DNA of 45,963 nucleotides from an uncultured virus (IMG/VR IMGVR_UViG_3300047170_000110) (IMGVR_UViG_3300047170_000110); one strand, 5' to 3'; counted from the stretch's first letter, positions 9,327-19,061 are shown. The notes: generated from the sequence alone by a model not told the origin. A program made the numbers and translations.

Positions 9327-10136
9327 TTATTTTTGGATCTTGAATTCCGAAAGCCGCTTGAGGATCCGATCCATCTGCATTTGGTTGAGACCCAGTCCCC
9401 GCGTGGAGAGGAGAGTCTCCAACAGATTCTCCGTCCCGGTGAAGAGCAGCGCGTCCTTCGCTTCGTTCAGGTGCGCGGTCTTGCCCGTGAGGTTCTTGGT
9501 CGCAAGCCAGGCGGCGAGCGCTTGGTTCGTTTCGTCCGCGTCCATTCCGAGTTCCACAAGGGGGAGCGAAATGGAGAGCCGGGCTTTTTCGATCTTCGGT
9601 TCGTACTTCCCGCGCAGCACGTCTTTGACGACATCCGGCTTCACGGCGAGCTTCTTCATCAGCTCTTGGGCAAGACGCTTCAGGCCTTCGAAGTGGAGCG
9701 TATTGGTCTCTCGGTCGTATTCGATCTGCTTTTGGGAATCGAAGAAAGATTTGTTGGCCTGCCAGAGGAGCGCGACTTGCTTTTCGACCACGTCGGGGAT
9801 GAGAGCATGCTCGACCGCGTTGTTGTCGAGCTTCAGATCGAAAGCAATCTGTTCGCTGGGGTCGCGTTCAACCTTCGTCAGGCGCTCCAGCTCGGTCGGA
9901 TCCAGGTCCAGGGGGCTCTTCGGGCGCGGGCCCGCGATCTTCTCGGCGGTTTTATCCCAGAAGGAGGGGTTATTCTTGAACTTTTCCTGTTTCTGTTCGT
10001 GCATGTCCAGATTTTTGATGAGCTTCTTGAGCAGGTTGTCCTTCTGGTCGCCTGCCAGAATGCGCTGAAATTCAGCGGTGCTTTCTGGGCTGGCGGTACC
10101 GAGGAGGAAATGGAAGAAGGTGTTACGGGGAGCCAT
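9327..10136 (-). CDS. hypothetical late protein between chaperone and tape measure
   Basis: 269-aa ORF; GATTAGTTT motif 12 nt before ATG. Confidence 0.6.
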   Translation of the reverse strand: MAPRNTFFHFLLGTASPESTAEFQRILAGDQKDNLLKKLIKNLDMHEQKQEKFKNNPSFWDKTAEKIAGPRPKSPLDLDPTELERLTKVERDPSEQIAFDLKLDNNAVEHALIPDVVEKQVALLWQANKSFFDSQKQIEYDRETNTLHFEGLKRLAQELMKKLAVKPDVVKDVLRGKYEPKIEKARLSISLPLVELGMDADETNQALAAWLATKNLTGKTAHLNEAKDALLFTGTENLLETLLSTRGLGLNQMQMDRILKRLSEFKIQK

Positions 10137-10144
10137 AGCTTAAA

Positions 10145-10624
10145 CTAATCCCTACTCTCGGGCTCGGGCTGACGCAGCTCAGGCAGGATCTTTTTGGTCA
10201 GGAAGTCCTTGAACTCCTGAGGGCTGACCTTGCTCAAGTCCACGACCATCTCGTTTTTCTGGCGCTTGTAGTCGCTAGGTAGCATCATCCCGTCGCTACC
10301 CACGAGCTTGATGAGGCTTTCCCGCAGCTCGGGACGGATCCCGAAGGAGAGGGGCACGAGAACCTTGTCGCTGTTCTTGTAATCGGGAGGCGAGCCGCCC
10401 TTGGCCGCCCACGAACGGATCTCGCCCGCGCGGAAGCTCGTCCCGAGCAACCTTCCGAGCTGGGACATCTGTTCGTTTTCCACTTCTTTGAGCCAGAAAT
10501 AGGCAAACGCCCGTTCCTCGGGGCTCATCAAAGCGATTTCGTCGAAGCTGCGTTTCCCGGCGGCCCAAATGTAACCGACCACGGAGAGTTCCGGATCGTC
10601 TCGGGTCGCCTTTACTGCAAAGGG
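10145..10624 (-). CDS. tail assembly chaperone GT extension (-1 frameshift product)
   Basis: Frame is open back to slippery C-CCT-TTG at 10624-10618 in the end of the upstream gene; no clear RBS for GTG 10582. Confidence 0.7.
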   Translation of the reverse strand, partial: PFAVKATRDDPELSVVGYIWAAGKRSFDEIALMSPEERAFAYFWLKEVENEQMSQLGRLLGTSFRAGEIRSWAAKGGSPPDYKNSDKVLVPLSFGIRPELRESLIKLVGSDGMMLPSDYKRQKNEMVVDLSKVSPQEFKDFLTKKILPELRQPEPESRD

Positions 10625-11916
10625 AGGGCTTTGGCCTCAGTCGAAAGGCCGCGATCGTCCATCGGGACTCCGTGGACTGGGCAGAAGACGTTGGCGCCCT
10701 TCGCGACCGGACGATCCGCCGTTTCCTGGCAATCCGGCACCGGGCACGTGAAGTGCCGAAGCTTCGGGTCCAGGGACGATTTGAGTTCGATGTTCTTGAA
10801 GGCAGCTTCGAAGGCCAGGTACAGCTTCTGAGCCATGTCCGGGTTGAAGGGGAAGAGCCCTTCGATCGAGGGGTCTCCGGCCATCATCTCCAGGAGCGTC
10901 TGGGCGGTCAGGATCCGAAGCTCCAGGGGAGGGTTGAGGGGGGTCTTGACCGTACCTTCCGGCACGAGACCTAAGACTTCCGCCACCGGCTGACCTTCGA
11001 TCAGCACGATTCCCAGCGCGGCCGTGCAGCTCTTGAGCATCAGCTTGATGGCGTCTTCACCGTCTTGCTGGACGCTCGTGAGTTTTTCCAGGGCCCAGCT
11101 GTAGGTGGAGGAGGGGGGAGGAAGGAGGGAAAACTTGATGTCCTCGATTTCAACCGTCTCGGGCTTGATCCGTTCCATCGACAGACGCTCGCGCATCTTC
11201 CGGATGACTGGGTTGTCCAGGGGCTTGAGCTTCCGCTCGTCTTGGGGAGCGGGCCGTTGGGCATGTTGGATTTGCGCTTCGGTCGGCATGACCGGTGCGC
11301 CCGACTGGAGCCTACGGCGTTTGAGTTCCAGTTGCTTGCGTTGCAGCTCCAGCTCCTCCAGCTCCAATTGGTAGGCGGCATCCGGCGCGGTTTCGTTCGC
11401 GGGCGCCGCGTAGGCTTCCGGGGTTTCGAATGAGGACGGGGGGCGTTGCTGTTCTTTGTGCGCGGCTTCGAGCAGTTTTTTGGCGTCGGCCGCAGACATC
11501 GCTTGTTCGGTTGGGTTCAAGGGTTCCACCTTTCGTTCGAGTTTCTTTCCTTCGGTCTTGAGTAGTTCCTCGACCGTGATCCCGCGTTCTTTGGCGATCT
11601 CCTGGAGCGCGAATTCGTTCAGCTCGGGGTCGAACTTTCCTGCCTTGTCGCCCGCGAAAGGGAGAGGGGGCTCTTCCTTGAAAACGGGCGCATGCCGGGG
11701 ATCGATGATTGCGAAGGGAGTCGGAGTTCCCCGGCGCGGCTGGGCAGCCGGATTGGGAGTCCCGGCCGCTTTCGGACGCTCGGGCATCTTCGCTTTAGGC
11801 GGCTGGTACGCGGAGGTTGGGGAGGGCTTCGAGAGAGGGACCTGCTTGACCGTCTCACCTCGTTTGCCCAGAAGATGCTGGACGTTCTTCAGATCGTCGT
11901 TTTCGTCGTTTGCCAT
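10612..11916 (-). CDS. tail assembly chaperone G with long Pro-rich N-terminus and C-terminal Zn ribbon
   Basis: Upstream of tape measure; slippery heptamer before stop; CPVPDC..CPVH. Confidence 0.65.
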   Translation of the reverse strand: MANDENDDLKNVQHLLGKRGETVKQVPLSKPSPTSAYQPPKAKMPERPKAAGTPNPAAQPRRGTPTPFAIIDPRHAPVFKEEPPLPFAGDKAGKFDPELNEFALQEIAKERGITVEELLKTEGKKLERKVEPLNPTEQAMSAADAKKLLEAAHKEQQRPPSSFETPEAYAAPANETAPDAAYQLELEELELQRKQLELKRRRLQSGAPVMPTEAQIQHAQRPAPQDERKLKPLDNPVIRKMRERLSMERIKPETVEIEDIKFSLLPPPSSTYSWALEKLTSVQQDGEDAIKLMLKSCTAALGIVLIEGQPVAEVLGLVPEGTVKTPLNPPLELRILTAQTLLEMMAGDPSIEGLFPFNPDMAQKLYLAFEAAFKNIELKSSLDPKLRHFTCPVPDCQETADRPVAKGANVFCPVHGVPMDDRGLSTEAKALPLQ

Positions 11917-12278
11917 TCAAGGATCTCCCAGTCCAAAACAATGAGTTTGTAAATTAATGCGAAGCGGCAGGGGTAGGTGAGGTGGCATCGGAGTTGCCCC
12001 CAATCCTTCGGGGGGCCGAAGATACCGTAGAGTTCGCGCTCTTTTTCGCCCTGGTGAATCAGCAGCTTGGTTCCAATGAATCCGTCGCGGTGAAGAAGCT
12101 CTTGCGAGTAGGCCAAAATAGGGGCCACGAACTCGGCTTTTAACCACAGAGTTCCAAGGGAATCGGTCCACTTTTTATGAGAGGGGATGTCGAGCGCTTT
12201 CAGGTGATCGGTACTTTGAACACTGAAGGTCGAGTTAATTTTCGCTAATTGGATCGCCGCGATTGGGGTATGGATCAC
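11889..12278 (-). CDS. hypothetical protein
   Basis: 129-aa ORF behind TTAGTAAAA motif (12286-12294, minus). Confidence 0.45.
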   Translation of the reverse strand: MIHTPIAAIQLAKINSTFSVQSTDHLKALDIPSHKKWTDSLGTLWLKAEFVAPILAYSQELLHRDGFIGTKLLIHQGEKERELYGIFGPPKDWGQLRCHLTYPCRFALIYKLIVLDWEILEWQTTKTTI

Positions 12279-12343
12279 GGAGATCTTTTACTAAGACTAA
12301 CTCCATTTTAGTAAAAGGCTGAGACAACCAAAGGACGCGCAAC

Positions 12344-12592
12344 ATGCCGGTAGCTGGAAAATTGGAATTAGGAAAAACATACAAGACCCTGAAGGGAGGA
12401 CTCGTGCGGATCGTACAAGAGAAACTCCAGGGTCGAAAACTCTTCGTCGGGGAGTTGGAAGACGGGACCCAAGTGGGGTACTTCCGCAACGGCCGTTTCT
12501 CCAATGCATCGGAGCGAAAGGGCGGCCACCGCCTGGACATCCTGCGCGAGTACAAACCTCGCAAAACGGCGAGTAAACGCCCGGTTACTTAA
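12344..12592 (+). CDS. hypothetical basic protein
   Basis: 82 aa, AAGGA RBS, TTAGTAAAA at 12308-12316. Confidence 0.6.
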   Translation: MPVAGKLELGKTYKTLKGGLVRIVQEKLQGRKLFVGELEDGTQVGYFRNGRFSNASERKGGHRLDILREYKPRKTASKRPVT

Positions 12593-12703
12593 TGGTTGGC
12601 CCGAGCTATTAAACTCCCACCGTTTACCGCTTTTACTTTGTATTCAGTGCATATTGATTTAATTCGTTGCAAATTAACATGACACAGTGTACTGCGCTCG
12701 GCT

Positions 12704-13036
12704 ATGAAGCCTAAACGCCGCGAGGAATTGATTAAACAGTACGACCGTATCTTGGAAGAGCGGAAACTGGCACCCTCTACTAGCCGTACCTACAGTTGGC
12801 AAGTAGGGACATTTATTGACTTTTGTAATAAAGACCCGGAGCACATCCCGGCGACGAAAATCGAGGACTATCTCCGGGGGCTCCTCAAGCGCCGGGTCTC
12901 CCGACCCTTCTTCCTTCAGGCCTGCGCGGCCATCGATTTGCTGTACCGCCAGCTGTATAACAGCAACAAGGTGAGAAATATTCTTCCGACCGTTCAGGAG
13001 AAAACACGAACAGATTCAAGAGCCCCGTCGAAGTAG
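12704..13036 (+). CDS. stand-alone tyrosine-recombinase N-terminal (SAM-like) domain protein
   Basis: 'LAPSTSRTYSWQV..F..F....P......IEDYL..L.....VS.....QACAAIDLLY' resembles IntI/Xer core-binding domain; no catalytic domain follows. Confidence 0.7.
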   Translation: MKPKRREELIKQYDRILEERKLAPSTSRTYSWQVGTFIDFCNKDPEHIPATKIEDYLRGLLKRRVSRPFFLQACAAIDLLYRQLYNSNKVRNILPTVQEKTRTDSRAPSK

Positions 13037-13174
13037 CTTTCGATTGCCGCGCCACACACAAAAATTTCCGATTGTGCCAATGAAAAACTCGGGATATTCC
13101 GAGCCCTCGTGTGAATTGCAACTAGTTAACGTCCTTCGGTTGAAGGCGTTGCGCGTGTACCTGAAGGGGGAAAA

Positions 13175-13552
13175 ATGTTCGAACAGAAGTCCAAGAAAGA
13201 CGCCAGCGCGTCCCCATTCCAAGCTTTACTGACGCGGGCCGGTAAGGCCGCCAAAAAGAATTTCTCTGATTACAGCCAAGGGGTTTTCGTCCACGCTGCC
13301 GAGGAGACTCAAGCTGCGGGTGTCGAAGCGTTCGTCGAGACGTTGACCCGCTGCTACATGCTCGAAGCCCAGACTTTCCTGTTCGCCGCCAAGCTGCTCG
13401 GAATCGGCGCGGAGGATGTCCCCGAATTCCGGCAGCTCGTCATGGAATCGGTCATCGAGCAGCTCTCCCAGAGAGAGGGTGCCCTTTTGGATCAGTTGAC
13501 GGGCGAGGTCGAAATCCCCGAAGCTTCCCAGCTCACCCAGATCCTCCATTGA
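13175..13552 (+). CDS. hypothetical protein
   Basis: 125 aa, AAGGGG RBS. Confidence 0.6.
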   Translation: MFEQKSKKDASASPFQALLTRAGKAAKKNFSDYSQGVFVHAAEETQAAGVEAFVETLTRCYMLEAQTFLFAAKLLGIGAEDVPEFRQLVMESVIEQLSQREGALLDQLTGEVEIPEASQLTQILH

Positions 13553-13574
13553 ATGAATTGAAAGGTCCGAAACC

Positions 13575-13907
13575 GTGAAGTTCTACTCCGTCGTCTCCTC
13601 GAATGTCCTGGCCGTCGGTTACAACGAGAAGGTCCAAATGTTGGGCGTCCTCTTTCCAGTCAGGGGGAAAGAGGACGAGTCGGGGATGAAGAGCGTGTCG
13701 CTCTACTGCTACACGGAGGTTCCTCCCCAGATCTGGGAGGGGCTCAAAGCTCCCGGCGTTTCGATCGGCAGCTACTTGAGTGAGCACGTCAAGAAGACCA
13801 AGCAGTACATCCACGTGAAGGGGTTCCAGTTCCGCGATCTCGCGGACATCGCACCCGAGCCCCTGATTCCAAATCCACTGGCGCCCGCTCCCTCAGAGGC
13901 TGGATAA
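13575..13907 (+). CDS. KTSC domain protein
   Basis: VVSSNVLAVGYN..LGVLF..YCYTEVPPQIWEGL...SIGSYL..HVK fits the KTSC pattern. Confidence 0.85.
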   Translation: MKFYSVVSSNVLAVGYNEKVQMLGVLFPVRGKEDESGMKSVSLYCYTEVPPQIWEGLKAPGVSIGSYLSEHVKKTKQYIHVKGFQFRDLADIAPEPLIPNPLAPAPSEAG

Positions 13908-15287
13908 AAGGCTGTCGATCGTACCCGACTCGTGGGCTTTCGAGAGAAGCTTCAGGAACTCGCAGTACCCTGCCTGGTCCAGATACTTCCAGGTGACTTC
14001 GGCAGGCTGAAACCGCTCGAAGCGTTTCACGTCTTTGTTCAGGACGTATTTCTGCCGGAGCGCATCGTGCATCTGCTTGCGGGCTTTCCAGACCTCGACG
14101 AACTCGGCCACGAGCTTGTCCACGGCTTGTTTGACCATGAGCTTCTGCACTTCGATCCGTTCGTCCACGATCTCCGGATCCCGGGGGCCTTCCTTCTGGG
14201 CTTCTAGGGCCTTCTTCAAAATTGCCCATTGCCGGGAGACCTGGCCCATCAGGAGGTCGATCTCTTCGGCCTTCTGCTCGGCCATCTCGATCATCGGCTT
14301 GAAGTAGATCTCCGGATCGAAGTCCTTGGGTAGGATCAGGGGCGGGAGCTTCCAGCGATCGTGGAGCACGTCGTAGACCGCGTCGGCCACTTCGACCTGC
14401 TCTTGCTGGCTCTCGGGTTTGACGAATAGGTGGAGGACGTACCCGTCCCAGGGGATCTCAACGGATTTGAAAGCTTCTTGAAGCATCTCCTCGTCGCCAT
14501 CGAACGAATCCCAGTCGATGTAGAGGGAGCAGTCGATATCCGCGCCTCGGTGGTACTGGTAGGTCGCAGCGCCTCCGTAAAGCATCGAGCCCTTGAGCTT
14601 CGCTCCGAACTGCGCGAGCCGGTAGCGCGCCTCCTTGAGAATCTCCGCTCGAAGTTTGGGTTGGAGCCTGGGAAGAGCCCGGTTATCTTCGTACAGCCAG
14701 ATCTCCGGGGGGAGTTTCACCCGAGGAAAATCGAGCATTCCGGCCGTGACGGCTTCTGCTTGGGAGCATGCGGAGCATTTCTCGATGTACCAGGGCCCGT
14801 GGGTTTCTGGAGTCGGATGGGCACAACGGCAAGTCGTCAGCTGTCGATCGCAGTTCCGGCACCTAACGGTACCGTGACCTTCGGGGCTGTGTCTGTTACG
14901 GACCTCCATGGCTTCCTGGACATCCCAAGGTAGAGAACTGCTCACGTTGGCCGCCATGTGCTTTTGCGGCCCCCAAATCGAGGAGGGCGCGGGCACGTGT
15001 TTCAACTGTTCGGCGGAAAGCAGGCCGAAGAGTTTCTGGTAAATCGGGTCGCGCTTCCATTTGTCCATCAGCGGGATGCGCTGGAGGAAATGCAGGGCTT
15101 CATCGCCGTTTTTAGGGAGGTTTTCGCCTCGTTTGAAATCCTCTTCGATCTCGCGCGGGAGGGAGATCTTATCCAGACCCCCGACTTCCATGGCGGTTTT
15201 AAAAGCCTCTTTCCAGGCCTTGTCGTCCTTGAGCTGGTAGGTCAGCTCCAGGAATTTCTGCCGTATTTTCGGATCGTTCGCCGCCAT
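13893..15287 (-). CDS. multidomain protein with Zn finger and Pol-beta-superfamily nucleotidyltransferase domain
   Basis: LYGGAATYQYHRGADIDCSLYID fits hG[GS]x(9-13)DhD; distal 'AVYDVLHDRW'; CRNC/CRCAH/CSAC cluster. Confidence 0.7.
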   Translation of the reverse strand: MAANDPKIRQKFLELTYQLKDDKAWKEAFKTAMEVGGLDKISLPREIEEDFKRGENLPKNGDEALHFLQRIPLMDKWKRDPIYQKLFGLLSAEQLKHVPAPSSIWGPQKHMAANVSSSLPWDVQEAMEVRNRHSPEGHGTVRCRNCDRQLTTCRCAHPTPETHGPWYIEKCSACSQAEAVTAGMLDFPRVKLPPEIWLYEDNRALPRLQPKLRAEILKEARYRLAQFGAKLKGSMLYGGAATYQYHRGADIDCSLYIDWDSFDGDEEMLQEAFKSVEIPWDGYVLHLFVKPESQQEQVEVADAVYDVLHDRWKLPPLILPKDFDPEIYFKPMIEMAEQKAEEIDLLMGQVSRQWAILKKALEAQKEGPRDPEIVDERIEVQKLMVKQAVDKLVAEFVEVWKARKQMHDALRQKYVLNKDVKRFERFQPAEVTWKYLDQAGYCEFLKLLSKAHESGTIDSLLSSL

Positions 15288-15322
15288 GCTTAACAATAAG
15301 CTGGGGTTGCGCTTTCAAATAG

Positions 15323-15358
15323 TTGACTTTATCTATCAAGTACCAATATACTGATAAC
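15323..15358 (+). promoter_or_regulatory. sigma70-like promoter containing CAATATACTGATAAC box
   Basis: TTGACT-N18-TATACT; 15-mer identical at 15730-15744 (+) and 31043-31057 (-). Confidence 0.65.
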
Positions 15359-15359
15359 C

Positions 15360-15668
15360 ATGAGAACGATCCGTTGGAAAAATTTCATGAGCTTCACGGT
15401 AGAAGGGAAACCCACGAAAATCAGTGCGGATGTCTACGACCACCATGGCGTGGGGTTTCTCCAACAGATCCAGGCGATGCCGCGCAAGCGCGCTTTGGCC
15501 TGGGAAGCTGCCGTCGTTCTGTACGCGCATACCGTTTTCCAGTTGATGATGGATACCTCCGGCTATGTCGCGGCCGATTGGATCAACGAAAAGGGCGGGT
15601 TTTTAGGCTGTATTAGCGATCTCGGCTATCACATCACCTTACGCGGTGACGAATACGAGTTGAAATAG
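15360..15668 (+). CDS. hypothetical protein
   Basis: 102 aa; ATG 7 nt after TATACT (possibly leaderless). Confidence 0.55.
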   Translation: MRTIRWKNFMSFTVEGKPTKISADVYDHHGVGFLQQIQAMPRKRALAWEAAVVLYAHTVFQLMMDTSGYVAADWINEKGGFLGCISDLGYHITLRGDEYELK

Positions 15669-15758
15669 TCCACCATTCCAAGGGGGTCAATTGTGTCCCA
15701 AAAGACACATTCCGGACCCCTCAAGTTTTCAATATACTGATAACAAGAGGACCGAAAA

Positions 15759-17876
15759 ATGAACATGAACAAGAAGTTCCAAACCCTGAGTCTCCTGGCC
15801 TTCACCGCAGCCCTTTCCGCTTGCCAAGGCGCCGTGGACGTGGCGGTCAGCACGACCGGCACCGCGACGACGACCCCTTCCGGTAGCGGCACCGGCAACA
15901 CGGGCGGCACGATCTCGTTGGTTCTCTCGGGAGTCAGCCCTTCGAGCGGCCCCCTCACGGGCGGCACGACCCTGACCCTGACGGGCACGGGCCTGGCTTC
16001 GGGCCTGACCGTTCAGATCGCGGGCTCGACCTGCTTAAATCTGACCATCCTTTCTTCGACCCGGGCGACCTGCCAAGTTCCCGCCGGATCCACCGCTGGC
16101 GCGCAAGCCGTGCAGGCGGCGCTCAGCGGCCAGACCGCGCAGCTCTCTTCCGCTTACACTTACGTGGCGGCTCCGACCGTCACTTCGGTCACCCCTAACC
16201 AGGGAGTCCTTGCTGGAGGTACGGCGATCCAGATCTTCGGAACGGGCTTCAAGTCCGGCGCGACGGTCCTGGTCGGCGCCTCGGCCTGCACCTCGGTGAA
16301 CTTCGTGAGCGCGACGGAGATCGATTGCACGACTCCTTCCGGCACAGGCGCGCAGGCGATCCAGGTGACGAACCCGGACAGCCAGCTCGGTTCCTTGGCT
16401 TCCGCCTTCACCTTCCAGTCCTCCGTGTTCATCAGCAGCATCAGCCCGACTTCGGGTGCTCCAGCTGGCGGCACGACCCTGACCCTCCATGGGGGCGGTT
16501 TCGTTGCGGGCGCGCTCATCAAGGTCAACGGCGCTTCCTGCACGACGACTCTCGACTCGGGGATCCAGGCCCATTGCACGACTCCGGCCGCTTCCGCCGG
16601 ATCTTATAACGTGACGATCACGACGGCGGGCCAGACGGTAACCGCTTCGCAGAACTTCCATTACGCATTGGCGACGGCGATCGTTGCGGACGCGGATAAC
16701 GGAGCACGGGCTTGCGCGATCCTTTCGGATACGAGCGTGAACTGCTGGGGCATCGGGCCGTCCGAAATTCTCCCGAACACGGGCAATCAGTCCGCCAGCA
16801 CGGGCAACACTCCCATCGCGATTCCAGGCATTTCGGGCACGGGCCTGCTGACTGGTGTATCCAAACTCTCGGTCAGCTCCGAAGTAGCTTGCGCCGTCCT
16901 GACGAGCGGTCAAGCAGTTTGCTGGGGTGACAACACCTACGGACAGCTCGGGACCGGCGATGCCAATCCTCATGCCTACCCGGTAACGGTCATGAATGGC
17001 GGTTCCCCGATGACGGGCGTGACCAAGATCGTGACGAATGGCGCGGCGACTTGCGCGTTGCTCTCGAACCAGCAAGCTTACTGTTGGGGCCAGTATGAAA
17101 ACGCGATGGGCGTAGGCTCGATGGGAGGCATGACCCTGGGGACCGTGATCCTGACCCCCCAAGTGGTTTTGAATTCCATTCAATCCGCTGCGCTCACCTC
17201 CATCACGGATTTGGCGATGGGAGGCAACACCGGTTGCTACGTGGTCTCTTCCTCGACGGTTTACTGCGCGGGCTACGCGAATGGCGGAGCTTCCCCGACC
17301 AGTTACGTCCGGACAATCTCCAATACCGGCAACGTGACCTCGATCTCCGTTTCCCTGACTTCCGGTTGCATCACGACCGCGACGAACTCGAACGTGATGT
17401 GCTGGTCCCCGATGTCCTCGAACAACTACGCCACCTATCCGAATGGCTTGCCGACCGGCCAGGTGTTTAACTTCGGAGCCATCGGCCTCTCGGTTTCGGC
17501 CGCGACCAGCACGAGCTACAACACGATCACGTACGGCAGCAACCCTGCGGCGACCCAGATCTCCAACACGACCGATTCCGCCTGCGCGGTGTTCAGTGAC
17601 GGATCCGCCCGCTGCATCGGTGTTTCGGGCTACGGCGAGTTCGGAAACAACGTGACTCCGAACTACTCCTCCGTATCCAGCACCTTCACGAACGTGCTGA
17701 ATCCTGCCGGTAGCGCCAACATGACGAACGTCTCGGCCGTAGCCGGTCATTGCGCTCTGAACAGCAGCGGCGCGGTGTACTGCTGGGGCGTGGACGTTCA
17801 GTCGGGTACCATCAATGGCGCAGGAAATGGCGTGGCGGGAACCCTTCTCCTTCCCCAGCAGATCTCCTGGCAGTAA
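15759..17876 (+). CDS. surface lipoprotein with three IPT/TIG domains and RCC1/BLIP-II-like repeats
   Basis: Lipobox LSAC; three 'SP.SG...GGT.L.L.G.G' repeats; repeated 'CA(I/V)L.....CWG.N.YGQLG'. Confidence 0.85.
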   Translation: MNMNKKFQTLSLLAFTAALSACQGAVDVAVSTTGTATTTPSGSGTGNTGGTISLVLSGVSPSSGPLTGGTTLTLTGTGLASGLTVQIAGSTCLNLTILSSTRATCQVPAGSTAGAQAVQAALSGQTAQLSSAYTYVAAPTVTSVTPNQGVLAGGTAIQIFGTGFKSGATVLVGASACTSVNFVSATEIDCTTPSGTGAQAIQVTNPDSQLGSLASAFTFQSSVFISSISPTSGAPAGGTTLTLHGGGFVAGALIKVNGASCTTTLDSGIQAHCTTPAASAGSYNVTITTAGQTVTASQNFHYALATAIVADADNGARACAILSDTSVNCWGIGPSEILPNTGNQSASTGNTPIAIPGISGTGLLTGVSKLSVSSEVACAVLTSGQAVCWGDNTYGQLGTGDANPHAYPVTVMNGGSPMTGVTKIVTNGAATCALLSNQQAYCWGQYENAMGVGSMGGMTLGTVILTPQVVLNSIQSAALTSITDLAMGGNTGCYVVSSSTVYCAGYANGGASPTSYVRTISNTGNVTSISVSLTSGCITTATNSNVMCWSPMSSNNYATYPNGLPTGQVFNFGAIGLSVSAATSTSYNTITYGSNPAATQISNTTDSACAVFSDGSARCIGVSGYGEFGNNVTPNYSSVSSTFTNVLNPAGSANMTNVSAVAGHCALNSSGAVYCWGVDVQSGTINGAGNGVAGTLLLPQQISWQ

Positions 17877-17893
17877 GAGGTTAGTTTCTGAGT

Positions 17894-18148
17894 ATGGAAT
17901 ACACGGAACTCAAAAAAGTCCTAGCCGCCGATGCTCCTGCCGTTGCAGCCCCGCAAGGACTTTCCCCGGCGCAGGAGCGCGAGCTGGAGCGGATGATCGA
18001 TTCGACCAGCTTGACTCATGTTCTGATGTCGCTCACCAAGGTTTGCCAGTTGAAGGCGCAGAGCGATCCTGAGACCGCTCTCGTCTGGGAGCAATCCGGC
18101 GCGGCGATCAACCGGGCTTCGGACGAAACGGACCAGCTCGGGACTTAA
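17894..18148 (+). CDS. small late protein
   Basis: 84 aa; GGTTAGTTT motif 13 nt before ATG. Confidence 0.6.
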   Translation: MEYTELKKVLAADAPAVAAPQGLSPAQERELERMIDSTSLTHVLMSLTKVCQLKAQSDPETALVWEQSGAAINRASDETDQLGT

Positions 18149-18651
18149 TCGAGCGAGCGTTGTAAGTAGGTCAAGGCTCTCTGGACGCCCTGGACCGTAT
18201 CTCCCAATTGCCCTATGGCGCGGTTACAGGGGGAGCAGAGGAGCCCTCTAACTTTCTTAGTTTCATGGCAATGATCTACGCAAAAACGTATCTTCACTCT
18301 TTTTTGGTGCCGTCTACAAATTGGGCAGCGACTTTTTTGCTTGCGTAGAAGGTTGAAATATTCAGCCGGTGTGAGGTCAAAATTTCTTTTGAGGGTATTT
18401 TCCCACATCCTAACCAGGAATTCTTTTTTGTTTTTAAGGTACCAATCCTTACTCTGTGCATGGCATTTGGCTTTATTTTTTAGGTAGTGCCTGGCGCGTG
18501 CAGCTTTGTACTTCTCTGCGTTCGCTTGGTAGTGCTGCGCCACATATTTTTGTTGGTAGCACTTATGGCATAGGCCCTTAGCTTGATGCTTTTCGGCCGG
18601 GTGACAAGTTGGGATTGTTCGGGCTTTAATCGTCGAAGGAGATCCAGCCAT
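18145..18651 (-). CDS. Endonuclease VII-family (homing-type) endonuclease
   Basis: QKSRCPIC..FCVDHCHETKKVRGLLCSPCNRAIG; AT-rich relative to flanks. Confidence 0.9.
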   Translation of the reverse strand: MAGSPSTIKARTIPTCHPAEKHQAKGLCHKCYQQKYVAQHYQANAEKYKAARARHYLKNKAKCHAQSKDWYLKNKKEFLVRMWENTLKRNFDLTPAEYFNLLRKQKSRCPICRRHQKRVKIRFCVDHCHETKKVRGLLCSPCNRAIGQLGDTVQGVQRALTYLQRSLD

Positions 18652-18949
18652 TTAATAAAAGAATCCTCAGTAAAGGTTTTTCAAGTTTATGAATTAACTG
18701 ATGGGGAATCGGGAGTTTGTATTCGTATTCCACTGCGTGCAGCAATTCATGCAGCAGCGTTTCTACTAAAGCTCTTTTACTAAGATCATTCCGAATTACG
18801 ATTTGCCGGATGTTTCCTTCATAGCTGTTCTTCCCGAGCGTGCGGCGGCACTCCCCCATTTGGTTGGGGTCATCAAATCGATCCACGTAAACGATCTCGT
18901 ACGCGATCCGAGGCTTAATCCAAAGCTTGTGGGGTAGCGTGAACGCCAT
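18626..18949 (-). CDS. HExxH metallopeptidase-like small protein
   Basis: ETLLHELLHA motif preceded by 'GEC...I.I'. Confidence 0.65.
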   Translation of the reverse strand: MAFTLPHKLWIKPRIAYEIVYVDRFDDPNQMGECRRTLGKNSYEGNIRQIVIRNDLSKRALVETLLHELLHAVEYEYKLPIPHQLIHKLEKPLLRILLLNGWISFDD

Positions 18950-19061
18950 GCATTAAAACTAGCCTTGCTTCGGTCTTTGGATTCTCCGACCCGGAGGGTC
19001 CGCCGACCCATCCGGTCGAAAATTAATAGGTCCAGTAAACTGGGATTACCTCTCAGTAGAC

